Source of the DNA: Trichoplax adhaerens
Lineage: Eukaryota > Animalia > Placozoa
Reading direction: 5' to 3'
Assembly: GCF_000150275.1 (NCBI RefSeq)
Contig: NW_002060955.1
Span: forward strand, 226,886 to 290,885
DNA: 64,000 nt
A program made the translations under genes and the position numbers. Position 1 is the first letter of the stretch, and each line of letters starts with the position of its first letter. The notes beneath the pieces were generated by a model. It had not been told where the DNA came from, ran no database searches, and was given only the letters and a program-made list of their open reading frames with translations. Shown here in pieces: positions 25,969 to 39,685 of this stretch.

Positions 25969-28900
25969 ATGTCCAAAAAATCAAAAACTAAAATTCAGGA
26001 TATTGCCATCGAAATCGACGAAAATCTATCGTATGTTCTATCTGGCCAGTTACTAAAAGGCAAATTGGTTATCAACACTTTGGATCCGTTAACAGAGATT
26101 CAAAAAATCGTTGTCGAAGCTCATGGAGATGGTTATACGATGTTGAGACCTGCAGCCAATGCCGGAGAAGGAAATGTACGACATGGCCAATGGAAGGAAT
26201 ACTTAAAGTGTAGTAGCACCGTGATGAATCAAGGTAGGTTAATTTTAATTGACAAGGTATCTACTCTTACTACGGACTTTTAAGAAGATAATAGTACAAG
26301 TGCCTGCTATGATCATCGACTGTCCATCGTGCATGTACAGTGCAACGGATTTGGAACATTTTTAGACAAGAAGCAACTTATTACTCATCTCCGGGCAGGG
26401 ATTGTTGTTTACATTGACCCAGCTGTTTCAATTTATCGTTTGCGTGTTGATGAATTACATCACTGTAGAGTATTTCATCAACTAAAGACTAGAATTAATA
26501 TCAAACTTACCATGGAATAAAATAAGAAATTATCATTTGGTAATGAATTCCAACATCAAGACTATGATATTATTTCCGCCTTATTCGCATAGAATTGATT
26601 GCCGATTGATTTCGCTCTCGTTCAATAAAAATGACATTTTCATGACCTTAGTTCCAGTTCTTGACAGGATTGGAATACGGTAGATAGATGATGATGCATC
26701 GATAAAGTAGGTAATGATCGATTGACTACCTTCAAGGTGCATCAATTTTCTAGCTAAAACTGCGAAAGACAACGATAGCTACGCTTTCACTTTATACGTA
26801 ATTCAATCCATCATGATGTCTTCCAGCGGCATCGCTAGATGTTAACTTGTACATGTTTAGGAATGGAGAAGCTTTTTCTATTTAGGGAAAGGTTTCAATT
26901 CACCATGATGATTAAATGATGACATAGAAAGCTTTCAATCAGAGTTGAATTTGTTAATTTAAATACTATCCTCACCAAAATGATCCCCAATCAAAGGTAA
27001 TGTCCTGCCAAAGCCCGATTATCGCGGCTCCCGTGCATTTTTTGGACTTCGCAATCAGATCCAAAATGCTGAATTAAGTATTCTCAACGATCTCACTATG
27101 GCACTAGCAAAACTAAGCAATTTCCTTTCGTTTCCAATCAAAATAATAATAATAATAAACCGATAGTAAAGGACTACTGCACAGATTACATGTTGAGTGA
27201 TTATCGGAACATCAACATTCCCATGCTTTACAGAAGAGCCAATTTGAACATTTCAAGGCTGCTTTTAGTATTGCTCAGTTTACGCTCGATATAACGTAAT
27301 TTATGCAGATTGCTCACTTTGAAACTTGAAATTTTAGATTACAGCCAGGTCCAGTGATCCCGCCTGAGTTCTTGCCTAATAGTCCATCGGTAAAGGAAAG
27401 GTTTACTCCCTCTGTACATTAATGATTCCAATCGGATGATGAAAAGCAATGAATACTTCAAATCTAATTGATATCAATCACGCTAATAGTCAGATTAATC
27501 TCTACCGTGATCCAATACAGAAACGCTTATTTGTTGGCCATCGTCAAATTTTCAGATTAGAATTATCGCCAAAATATTAACTATGGTAAAATACATGTTG
27601 AATTGAACAGAAAGGGAATTTGACTAGTTCTAGAATAATAGCTCAGATCAGATACTTTATAAATCAAGACCAATTAAAGGCCAATAATCCCCATCAACCT
27701 GCACCGAGCCACACCATATAGGGCAATACTGTAATTAGGCAAAAACAGGATAGCGATACAGAAAATCCATCAAAATGTGAGTAGTAATTGAGCGCTAAGC
27801 AGTCGAAGAAAACTGTAGCGAACATTATTAGATTCGATGCCAACGTATTAAATGCTCTTCCTATTAACTAATTAACGTTAACATAGATCAAAATATCCTT
27901 ATAAATGTTTATGATATATGACGTTGAAGAAGGCGAAATATCTCAATAGTCTTTTTTCTCGCAGTAGATGAAAGCGAAACATTAACTTTGGATTCCGGTC
28001 GACATGAACTCCCCTTCAACTTTGTCTTGCCGTACTATCTCCCATCCTCATTTAACACAAGCAATAAAAACCACAACTATATTCGTTATTGGATTAAAGG
28101 AACTGTTTTCTTTACCAAAGACCGATCGGCAACTATTTATAAATCGTTCAAAGTCAGAGAAAAGGTCGCTTTAGGTACCTTGCAGATGAAGGTAGGTCTA
28201 GTAATAATAGGCTTAATTATAATTAATTAATAGCCGTTTAGGAATGAGCGCTTATTATATCCCCTGAAGTAATGATAAAATTGAATTACCCATCTTATGC
28301 CAATGGCTATTGCTGTCCATCTTTTCTAGAATGAGCTAAAATCTACTTCAACTGACAATGAATTAGTCGATCATAAAGTAAAGCAGTTAGTACTCAAGAT
28401 ATAGGATATAATATTAGCTCAATGTGCCATAAAATGCTATTCCCCCAGCTTTAAACACCAATAGAATCTAAAAACGCGTATCTTTGTTTCAGCTCCAATT
28501 AATTATTATCACCAATGCGTAATAATTAGGACTGATTATCGCCTGACCTTTTCCATCTTATTAACAGCAGTAACTAACTTAAGATTTAGAACATCGAAGT
28601 AAAACTTTCCGTTAAATTCAATTTATCCCTTGATCAAAGCTTCCAACTTACATTGACTGTAAGCGATGTTATGCTGAAGCAATTTTCGTAGACGGTGACC
28701 CAGTGTTGCACATTAGTCCCTCAAGAGAGACCAAGTTAATACTTTTATATTAAACATGATACCCGTCTATTTTATGTGGCTTTAGGAAGAACCGAGATCC
28801 ATTGATTTAACGCAAACATTATGCTGCAATATATTAAGGCCTGGAAGCGTCCATTTGACCTTTGTAACCGATCGAAAGGCTTACTGCACTGGACATTCGA

Positions 28901-30489
28901 TGTTATTAACAGCAACGGTAGAAAACTTAACTCGTTTACGCCTAAAAGCGTTGAAAGTCGAACTAGTACAATGTGCTACCGTTATTGCTGAGGGTAATCT
29001 GGTAGCCACTTGAGAATATCATTATGTAGCCCATATATAATTTAATCAGTAAATTTGAATGTGATTATAGGAATTCTAATGATCATTTGTGTTAGGTAAC
29101 TCCAAAGTAATACAAACAAAATGTGCCAGCTTGGAATCAGATCCGATTGAAGCCGGAGACACATTGGAATGGCAAAATAAGTCTTTCCATCTACCAGATG
29201 ACCTTATGCCGACCTCGCACTCTTCTGCCCTTATACAAACGCAATACGAATTGGTGGTAAGGAATGAAACTAAATTCGACAGCTAGCTATTGCAATATCT
29301 ACTTTTCTTTTTCTTCCAGTTAATATTAAGTTTTCTATCGGTAAATGCAACTGATAGATTAAATACTCAAGGCAAGCAATCTTGTGTAGCTCTAACGCAA
29401 ATTTAATAGTAAATTATAATTCTCAATCAGCTCTACGCTGCTTCTGATATACTCGTACGTTATTACAGCAGCCAATTAACTATGAAACCACTATCTACCT
29501 TGAATGAGAAACCTTTCGATTCGTTACCAACTATGCTTAAACGACTACTTCATCTAATTCAAGTACCTAGCGTTCAGATTTTCTTAAATTTAGAGGAGAC
29601 TATACTATTAAGTGTTCTATCGATTATCAATGGAGCTGCTACATGGAAGCAAACATGTCAGTTGATGCAAAGCTAACCCATGTTACCTGTATTCAAATGC
29701 ACAAATAAGACCTGTCCTTGCAGTTGCTCTGCCTACTACTCCATGTTCAATGATTCAATTCATTTATATAACATTGTCACAACCCTCTCTTGTGGCAAAG
29801 GAAACGTTTATTAACAAAGTAAAGAATCTCTCTTGTAACTATAATAACTTGGGTTACTTTTCCAGTATCTCCACTTTCTATGTTAGTGATATACGAGAAC
29901 TCGATTTCTCAACAAACTCCACAGATGACTGAATATATTACACTATTCTTCACTATACGAGTCTAGCACCATTCTTGAGCAACAACTGATTTATTCCACA
30001 TACACTCGCGCTTAAATAGATTTCTACAATGAATTCTAACGTTAATCAGTGAGAATTAAGTTGGCGTTATCATTATAATACTTTACTAATTATGTACTTA
30101 GATATTCTCGTCTTGAGGTAGCTACAAGCTATCACACACGACATAGAGCATGATTGGACTATTTATTAATTAACAGTTACTTATAAGGTTATCATATTGA
30201 CTGCATTAAACTGCCTAGCAGAATTTATCGATTTATTTATTTACATCGTACGTCTGAGGACTGTTATAACTATAACTAATCGTTGTTGTATTCGTTCCAG
30301 GTTACTGTAGTAATACCCATGGCAGCTAACCTTTCCTTTCGACAAAATGTTGGCATTGCAACAGTACTCGATGCCGACGACGATATCCAAAGTAAATACC
30401 AGCAGCATGTAATACTACAACGACAATTATCAATACAGCAACAAAGTCAACAACGGCAAAGACATAATTCAGCGGTCACGGATGTGTAA
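25969..30489 (+). CDS. Alpha-arrestin paralogue 5; 5 exons: 25969-26233, 27965(or 27968)-28191, 28786-28993, 29096-29256, 30301-30489; ~349 aa; Q-rich tail ending VTDV
   Basis: Spliced 1050-nt open CDS. Motifs: SGQLLKG, GRHELPFNFVLP..LPSSF...YIRYWIKG, TLCC, DRKAYCTG, LPDDLMPT. Confidence 0.9.
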
Positions 30490-33265
30490 TGTAGAATTGT
30501 ATTTATACTTTAAGTTAATTAACAGAATTTATCAAAGTTAGTCAAAATACTACAAGGTAAACATCAATACTTGTAGCTTTGTTTGATATCCTCTCCTGGT
30601 TCAAAACCTCAAACCTGTTTTTTTTCATCCAAATAAAATTCTAACTGACTCTCAACACCAATCTAACTGCAAAGGATAACAGTTACGATACAGAAGTGCT
30701 AAAATCGTTACAGCTATTTTAATAACTGTTTAGCGCTGCAATTTTTACTAATTTATTTCTAAGGGTCCGCCTAAAAGTAAACATTGAAAGCTTTTGAAAA
30801 TCTGTTCATTTTCTATGTTATGACATTTGAAAGTCATTGCTTTTGCATAGTGTGTGTCAGTGTCTGAAATCAAATCCATAAAGCTGATGTTTTTCATACG
30901 TATATTCAATACTACCCTATTATTTCAAAACCTATCAAGTGATAGCGGAATATTTTATAGAATCGTACCGGTGTGGATTTGTTCTACTCTCAAAAACTAA
31001 TTTTGCTTCAAATAAGAAATATAATGAGGTAGGCTTGATGTGAACTAAATCGCTAAGAAAGATGTAGCTGCATTCGAAAATTTTAAATCTATTTAGGAAA
31101 TCGTATTTGTGCTTGGTTTATACTCATATTTAAATTTAAAGCTGATTTATCCTTCTTATTAAATCATCAAAGATGAATTTAATCTATTTAATTTGAAGGC
31201 AATAATAAGATATAGCTATAGCAATTACAGCTATCAGGTTTGAAAGTATCACCCAATTTACGCTAGTATCTGTATTTTATTCCACTGAAACTTTCTCTAT
31301 GTAACAGATTTTTCCCATTTACGAATGTTTAATCGCTTTGCTAAAAGTTTGTAATGAACTTTATTTGAAAAATATGGAATGTTTACCACTTACAATTAAT
31401 TTATCATTACTCTTCACTTAATAAATGTTAGGTATAAATAATAAATTTTATGAAATATTCATCTTAGGCGAAAGTTAGTATTGATTCTTCATTGGTAGGG
31501 TCAATTCAATTTTAGTTTACCAAAAGTAAAGAAGGAATAGGTGACTCTGCTTTATTTCTTATAACCTCCAATTTGATATCACATATATTAAAATTCGATA
31601 CAATCGGTGATTGCGCCGAAGCATTTGTTAGTTTCTAGAAATATATCACGTTATCTTAAATACTACAATTTACAGTCTTCAGATTTATTAGATAGTTCTG
31701 AGATTAATGTTTACAGGATTATTACTGACCTAAATATAATATAAGTTAATTAGGCATTAAAAGGCATTGATTTCAGGTATTATTTAAAGCCAAAAAAATG
31801 ATGATTAACTGAAAATTAGCATCACTAAATTTCCTTAATTTAACTTTTAACTTATAAAGGGTCGCAAAATCTTTTAATAATACAACAAATTCACCAAGAC
31901 TAAATATCTGCGCTACCAATTATTCAATCATAGCCATTTTAAGTTCAATAATTGTTTCACGATGCATGAAAACCTAATTTTCAACAACGCGAAAACAATC
32001 CTATCTCACAATTAGTTCGCAAAGATTACGTAGTAAAGCCAAGTTATAGAATTTCACGGACTACTTCCTAACAAGCATACCAGTCTAATGTATCGCCTTA
32101 CTACAATTTAGAAAACAATTTTATTCTGCGAAAATACTAAAATACTGTGAACATCAGCATTTCTATAACTCTATACTTTTAGGCAACGTAATGCTACAAC
32201 CAATATATAATAATAAAGCCCTCCAGAACGTAACTAAATAACAATTTTTGAATCAGCATCTATTTACAGCGGCAAAAGCGATTGTATTAAAATGATTAGA
32301 CATCTGTAGAATAAATTTGCAAGTACCGATAAAAGCGAAAGAAGTTCTCATCACAAGAAGTATTTAAGCAATTCTAGCATATTAAAAGGGACTTACTCAC
32401 ACACTCATAGAGCAGTGATATTACTATGAAACATTTCAGAATGAGAGCTTAAATCATTACAAACCAAGACGAAGAAAATATGAATACAAATACTAATATT
32501 ACCAAAAGGCTAGGCTTAAGATAAACCTCTTAAAAGCCAAGCTAACCATTCAAAATCGAAAGAAATCAACTTCGAAATTGTTATTTATCTATATCTACTG
32601 CCATTAATTCGCTAATTTGGTGGCAGTTCTGTGACAGTCATCAAACCAGCAGTTAATACCATTGCAGAGCATTAAAAGTGACTGCATAGCAATAGTAGAT
32701 TATTATCAGTGTCTGTTCTAGAGTTTTTCGCTCTTTCGTCTATATCAGCCTAGATTTGAGCAAAAGCTAGCTCGTAACTGTCAAGACATGCAAGTATTGA
32801 TCCATTCTAGCGATTTGTATGATCTCATCCTGACTCATATATGTTCAAAAAGGATTTAGACAGAAACTTGCATGTTTTGTCAGCATTAAACATTGGTAAA
32901 TTCTAGGTACTTGCACAAGCTAATAGCTACTTCCAAACGAACTTTTCGAATATTTTTAAAGAAAACTAGGGATTACTCTGGTACTGTGTAAGTTACTACA
33001 TTGTCGGAGAATGAGATCGGTACTCCGGTGAATCCATTTTTATATTGCAGAGCAACGTAAACTTAACAGTGTTACTGCTTTAATCAGTTTAATATAGATT
33101 GGTCATTACCTGAGAGATCGATTAATGAAGTATATGTAGGCATCATTCATCTTCACATTCAGTTGTCATTTATAGTTTCCCATCTCTGCTTAATGTTCAA
33201 GCATCCAATATTATTATATAAACTTATGATCTTAATATCAAGGTTGTATTGCCTAGATAAGAGAC

Positions 33266-36200
33266 TTATTTAGGTATTGATGAAGATTGACGATTGGCTG
33301 AAGGATTGATTACTGAACTATAGGTGGGAATCATTTCGTCTCCATTTTCAGCTCTGGCGATGTCATTTATTGTCGTATTAGATGCCACGCAAGTATCATA
33401 ACTAGGAGGTAAATTATTCTTGGCTTTTGCAAGTTTAAAAGAACAAAACATTTCGAGTAAGAGATGAATAGTCATTCAAAATTTGATTTTTATTTTCTAA
33501 TTAGAATATCTTACCTGGTACGTCATTAACCCTTGTGCTATCGAAAATGGATCGTAAATAAGAAATCGTATTTTCTACGTCTATCGAATTTTCTGATACC
33601 CATGATGAAGAACAACTCGAAGAACTAGTGCTAGCATCACTAGTTCTTCTACTGATGCAGCTATTGGACCAATTGTGGCAACTAGTAGGAGAAGATGATC
33701 TGAGTGACATTGTTCCTATAACTACCGGCATATTAACGCATAGGTTAAATCCAAATGGAACTTTAACAGAAATCTATCAAGTATAGAAAAAAGTTTGCCA
33801 AATTAATACGCAAGATCAATAGAAGCGGATTACTCGTTGTTATCAAAATGCTAAATGGCCCTAACATATTAGAGCAATTGAATAACTTATTGGCTTCAAT
33901 ATGTATGAATAATAAGCAGAAGGTATTAATTAAAGGATATTGAAAAATTGTTTGGATTAAATAAAAAATATCAATGCATTCTGCATTGCATCTCATGGAT
34001 CTAAAGATAGAAGTATTAAGCTATAATTCAAATGCCATATGAGATATTCAAGCTATCTACATGAATAGGTGTACTAAATACTTTTAATATATGATTTACT
34101 TTCCCAGTACCTTAATGTAATAAAGTAATTCAATGATTGAGCATTTGATAGTCGGTGAAAGGTTAGGAATGATAATTTCCCCATTCGTCCATGCCATTGT
34201 AGCACCTCCAGTAATTGGACGATTGTAATGAACTGCTGCAAGTTCTCGATCATGGTGTTCAAAAGTTCCTAGGGACAAAGTAGTTTCACCTCACTTTTGG
34301 TTAAGCGATAAATATATCAAACAAAAGTAAAAATTAATCATCTACTTGCTACTTATCAGGTATTAGCTCTTTCATTGTACATATTACTTAAAGTTTCAAG
34401 TAATATACAAAGATTAAGGTATAGCAACATGATGATAATTGATTAATCTTAATAAGAATTTAAGCAAGCCAAAAGCAGCGGTGAATTAAGTATCATAACA
34501 ATTTATATCTAGTTTCAAATTGGTTTGATAACAGGTAACTGCTAATTGTCATCAAACTGATAGAATAGCATGATGGAACCTACGATAAATTCAAGACACT
34601 AAGCAACTTATATAATAACTTAATATCTTAATGAAATACGAATCATCTATTGCTACGTACAAATTCAAGCTTACTAAATCTACTCGTTAACCAAATATTA
34701 AGCAATAAAAAAAAATTTTATATGTCGGAACCCTAATTCAGAAGCAATACCAGATACAATTTCAGTCATTTAAATTATTTGTATGACGGTCAATAAAGTA
34801 CGAGTTCAGTTACATATAAATTTAGAAGATATACCAGTATTTAATAGTAGCAAGCATCTACTCCTGAACACAAAATTAAGCTGGATAAATGCGTTTACTA
34901 TCCAAAGTATCCGACGATGCTAGAAATATTTGCAGCATATAATGATAAGAGGCATTGCTAAACTCAAAGTCAAGCTCTACAAATTAAACTGGCTGCCATC
35001 GATGTATGATCGAGGTATCACGACGATATCGATGCAGCAATATATCAATTTGATACAAACTGCAGAAGAGAATTAATATTTTAGTATTTTCTGTCAGCTA
35101 CTGTAAAAAAACATAACAGCTAAGGTAAGGTGCAGTACGAAATCAGAACTTATAATGACTGCATCGTTTAATATTGCATTGCGGCAATCATACTTTACTA
35201 ATATTATACGCTGTAAACTTCCAATTTACGTATGCGTTGTAGGTAGGTAAAATGCTACTAAAACCAAAATTAGAGAATTTAATGACTACAAAGCTTTCAA
35301 TTTATGCTCATATCTAGTCAAAATTATAGAAGTGGCTGATCATAGAAAATCTAGCAAGCTAACCTTCAGCCACATAACGGACATCTTGTAATAGTTTAGC
35401 TTTTACGTACGGGATTGTTCTACGAGTTAAATTTTCAATCTCCACATTAATAATAATCTTATCACCAGGACAGTATCCATAACGATTTAGCCAACTAGTA
35501 ACCTTTAATGGGCCTCTTTTCCAAATAAGCCAACCGACATTTTTTTGTCTCTTAACGGGAGCTTTAGCTCGCTACAAAAGTGCAACACCATTCAATATAT
35601 TGAGTAATTATTATGCAGATAATTAAGATTCTTAACAAGCACAGAAAGTAGAGATCTAAGTTATTTTGCTAGCAAATGGCTTCATGCTTTCACTGCCAAT
35701 TCTGCAGAAGTAAAATCAACTTACAAAGAGAAAGGGTAAGTTGATATTAATTCGTTCTTTAATAGTAATTTCTACTTTAGTTTCATATTTGCGCTCCTTT
35801 GGCCGCTCTGCTGTCGCTTCTAAGCGATATCGGATATAACAGTCGGAGCTATAGTCAAAAGAAGATGGCAAATTTTCAATCGGCAATTGAAATTGGAACC
35901 CAAATTTGTGCGCTCCAGCCGGAATCCAAGTATAATTGCCATCGCCATCTCGTTCTACATAAGAAATTTTTAGGCATATACTTAATTTACTGGATTTAAA
36001 CGAGTACTTTATCTCAATGCTTTATTACATAAATTTGAATATACTCTTTTCATATTTAAGCAATCAACAGTATCTCTGGAAAGAGTTTATCAAGTGAGAA
36101 ATAAAATCTCTTATAAAAACAAGAGCACCCATTTGATACTGAAATTTACAGTCATTTCCGAAGTGTATTATCGAGAATTTGTAAATCTTGAAGGCTGGGT

Positions 36201-37597
36201 TCTGATTATTTCAGTATGAAGTACAATATCTTATTGCTGTCATTAAAATCAATCATAGAGTACAGCAGCCAGCTCCTATGATAAACTAATCCATTTTTGT
36301 TACAATTTACTGTCTCCATGATTTTGATACCGAAAATACTTGTTAGTGAAACATGAAGGTATCTATTTCTCTATTTCTATAAAATTTTATTCTACTACAA
36401 ACTCTGGCTTCTGATATTTTCGATATGAAGTACAATATCTTATTGCTGTCTTTAAAATCAATTATTAAAGTATGGTAGCCAGTTACTATCACAAGCTAAT
36501 CAATTTATATTACAATATACTGTCTTAACAACTTTGGTTTCGAACCTATCGGTTGGTAAAATATTAGAATGTCTATTTCTATAACTCTTTATTCTACAGC
36601 AAACTCTGGCTGCTAATATTTTCTATGTGAAGTACGGTATCTTATTTTACTCACTTAAATTAATCCTAGAGTGCGGTAGCCAGCAACTATCATAAATCAA
36701 TCAATTTTTATTGCAATTTGCCATCTCTATAACTTTAATATCGAACATACTCGTATCTGTTAATAAAACATTGAGCTGTCAATTTCTATGACGATTTATT
36801 GTAAATTAAACTATATAACATTGAAAATCTTATGAGCGATTTTTCTTTCAAGACAATTAAGCTATTTTATAAGAAATAATACTTATACGAAACTAACGCA
36901 ACTTTATGTTTGTGATAAAGTATCTTTAAAACATTAAAAGAGGTAGTACTTCGCGTAAGACTTCATTTTATTTCATAAATTTGGCTCTGCCAACAAAATT
37001 CATAACTATCCATTTCCAGTCTAAAACTGTCCATTTTATTGCAACTAAATCTACTATTCACATATAGTATAGAGAGTACTTTTTACCTCTAACTCAAATT
37101 CTAACTTCTTGTTCAATTTATAAGCCATTATAGTAGATAGTACAAAGATATTATATTGATATGCATGATTTTTCTAGAACAGATTTTTTTTCTTGTTCAT
37201 ACATGAGCAGTTTAAATTAAAATGAACTAGATTCAATCCCATATGCTACCTTTTTAGGCTCTTACACAAATGGCCGTAATGCAAAACAGCATTTTTCATT
37301 GCTTTCTATCGTCTAGCATCAGTAAGGCTGTAAATTATTCTTACCTCCGCCGTAAATAGCATTGGTGCGATCGCAAAAAGTCAGAAACTCATAACAGTCG
37401 TTCACTTCACGTTCGATAACCGATCGATTCTTCGATTTTGTATGAGTATAAGCACAACCAAATAAGCGAATTTTAATAAATTTTAATTTAATTGCTTCAC
37501 GAAATTCAATTAACACTTGACCATGAATAGAATCTCCGGGATTATAGATCAATTTATTTTGATCCAATATGATTTGAAATAATATCAGTTTTCTCAT
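33266..37597 (-). CDS. Alpha-arrestin paralogue 6; exons 37597-37345, 35954-35725, 35571-35364, 34268-34111, 33773-33515, 33423-33266; ~421 aa; Ser-rich tail with PPSY
   Basis: Spliced 1266-nt open CDS. Motifs: IYNPGDSIHG, GAHKFGFQFQLP..LPSSF...YIRY, NRYGYCPGD, IPNLSPTI, MPVVIGT, LPPSYDTCV. The exon 6 acceptor (aaag|cc) is the least certain boundary. Confidence 0.9.
36195..36795. repeat. Diverged tandem repeat, ~3 copies of a ~202-209 bp unit, in intron 1 of arrestin 6
   Basis: Anchor tgaagtacRRtatcttatt at 36217, 36426 and 36628; tagccag and aaactctggc also recur. Confidence 0.85.
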
Positions 37598-39685
37598 GAT
37601 GTAAACGCCGTTATGCTATTTCTAACATGATACATCAGGAAGAACATATTTTACTTCGGTGACCTATCACCACTCTCATCCATCAAATGATGATATAATA
37701 CCGCTTTCAAGGACTATTGCTCAGTAAGAGAATAGCTACGATCGGTAACTCTGATTATATTATAGAATACCAAGTTCAAACTTTGCCATATTGCGACGAC
37801 AGTTCCTGGCACAAGGTTCAATGTTAACATATTTTTGTAGGAGTATGGAAGCAATCATCAAATTATCATTTGTTTATTTACTTTTATACAGACACCAGAG
37901 TTCATGTACACTTATGCAGTTCTTTGCAACGCAGAATCACTGGCGCAATCTTAATTCGACACAATCTTACCAATTTCATTTTAATTAACGTTGTTGTGTA
38001 TTATAATCTACAGTCAAAGCTAACAACCTTATTGAAGGTTGGTACTACTCTCAATCAGCATAGAGAATTGGAAAATAAACAAGTATTTAGAGTTATTTTA
38101 AAATTAACTACGTACTCCTACTCCAATTATTAATTGAAAAATGGCCGCTTATATACTAGCTTCATTTACGCTTATACTTACGTCGCATTATAATTATAAA
38201 TTTGTAAAACAGCAGATTAATACATATACGTAACACAATCCAAAATTAGTATGTAGAATTAGCAAGCATTAAATAACGCATTTATAGAATACTATAAATC
38301 ATTATTATCAGTCACGATTATCGTATTTGTAGTTTGCAACAATAGTTAGTTTATGACATGTTCATTCAGAAGATACCGAATTAACACAAAAGCGATCTTT
38401 ACCTATACTATCAATATTACGTGATATAATTAATACGGTATATAGTAATATATCACATGAATGCAAAATTCAACAAATTTAGCATGAAATAAAATAAACG
38501 ATTTCATTTTGCTCCCAGTAAACGTTAAATATATGATGTCAGGGTAATGACTATATGTCGGAATTATTCATCACATTCTTGGTGAAAGTAATCTCTGCCC
38601 GCATTCATAGCCAAAAGTTACATAGTCCGTAAAGATGTAAGTTACTCCCTAAAATTACAATCATATACTGTAAGAACATTTTTAAGGGATGATAACAACC
38701 TACAGTATACCTTCACATCCTTATAATATATTCGCTTCAGAGGTAGACTTATTGTAAACTCAGAACATCGAATTTAATTATTTATAAATTTAAAGCTAGA
38801 AACCGATCTTGATTTATATTATACTCCAATCTTTTATATTGGATATTAGTAGGCATTAAAGTGCAGTCTTCTCCAATTTTAATTATTTTTCAGCTTTAAT
38901 AGTATCTTTCCCGGTAAGCTAATTACATCATTCATAGTGCTATAGCACCAAGATTGTCCACAGCAGTATTTATTCATTTTTATTTTAAAAAATTTGCTTT
39001 GGGGATTATCGAAGTCAGAAGCAAAGCATACTGCAAGTAGATCCATAATACAAAGGTGACAGATTAATAAATATGCTAAGTCAGCAGAGTTTCCATATAA
39101 TGCGTCAAGCCCAATTTTAATAGCTCAAGAACAAGTACGCAAAAGCCATGGATTTTATTTGTCGTTAAGAAATGTACATTCTAATCGTTTGATTTAACTT
39201 AATAAATTAAGATCTTATTTCACGCCAGTACGAGTAATTAATATCAATCAAGCATGAACATTAACAAATTCAACGTTTTATAGCATTCTACACTATCGGT
39301 TTTTATATACGCTATCTTAACTGTTATAAGCATAATTTGGTAATCAAGTAAGTTGACTAAGGTAAATTAGGTTTAATTTCAGAGTTAACGATTAAATTAA
39401 AAACGCCTTCAAGAATCTAAAAACTAAGCTATTTTCAAGTATGGGACAGGAAATAAAAATAAATGAAATGGGATAAGCATTTCTTAAATTGTTAGTATAC
39501 TTATAAAGCAATGACACTTAACTGATTACCATATAGTATAAGAAGTGAATTAGAATAAATAATACTCTAAACTACATCCTAGAATAGTAAAACTCATCAA
39601 AATATTTCAAAATGCAGAAGCAAATTTGTCGATGATAGTCCAATTTGATAGGTATATACTTCAACCGACAATAAGAACTATTTAG

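Noticed and set aside
37791-38133. Short intergenic/intronic ORFs (also 3498, 17115, 24462, 25682, 29482, 40874, 43990, 44873, 47779, 57861)
   Set aside because: Composition typical of chance ORFs in AT-rich DNA, with no motifs or consistent splice signals.
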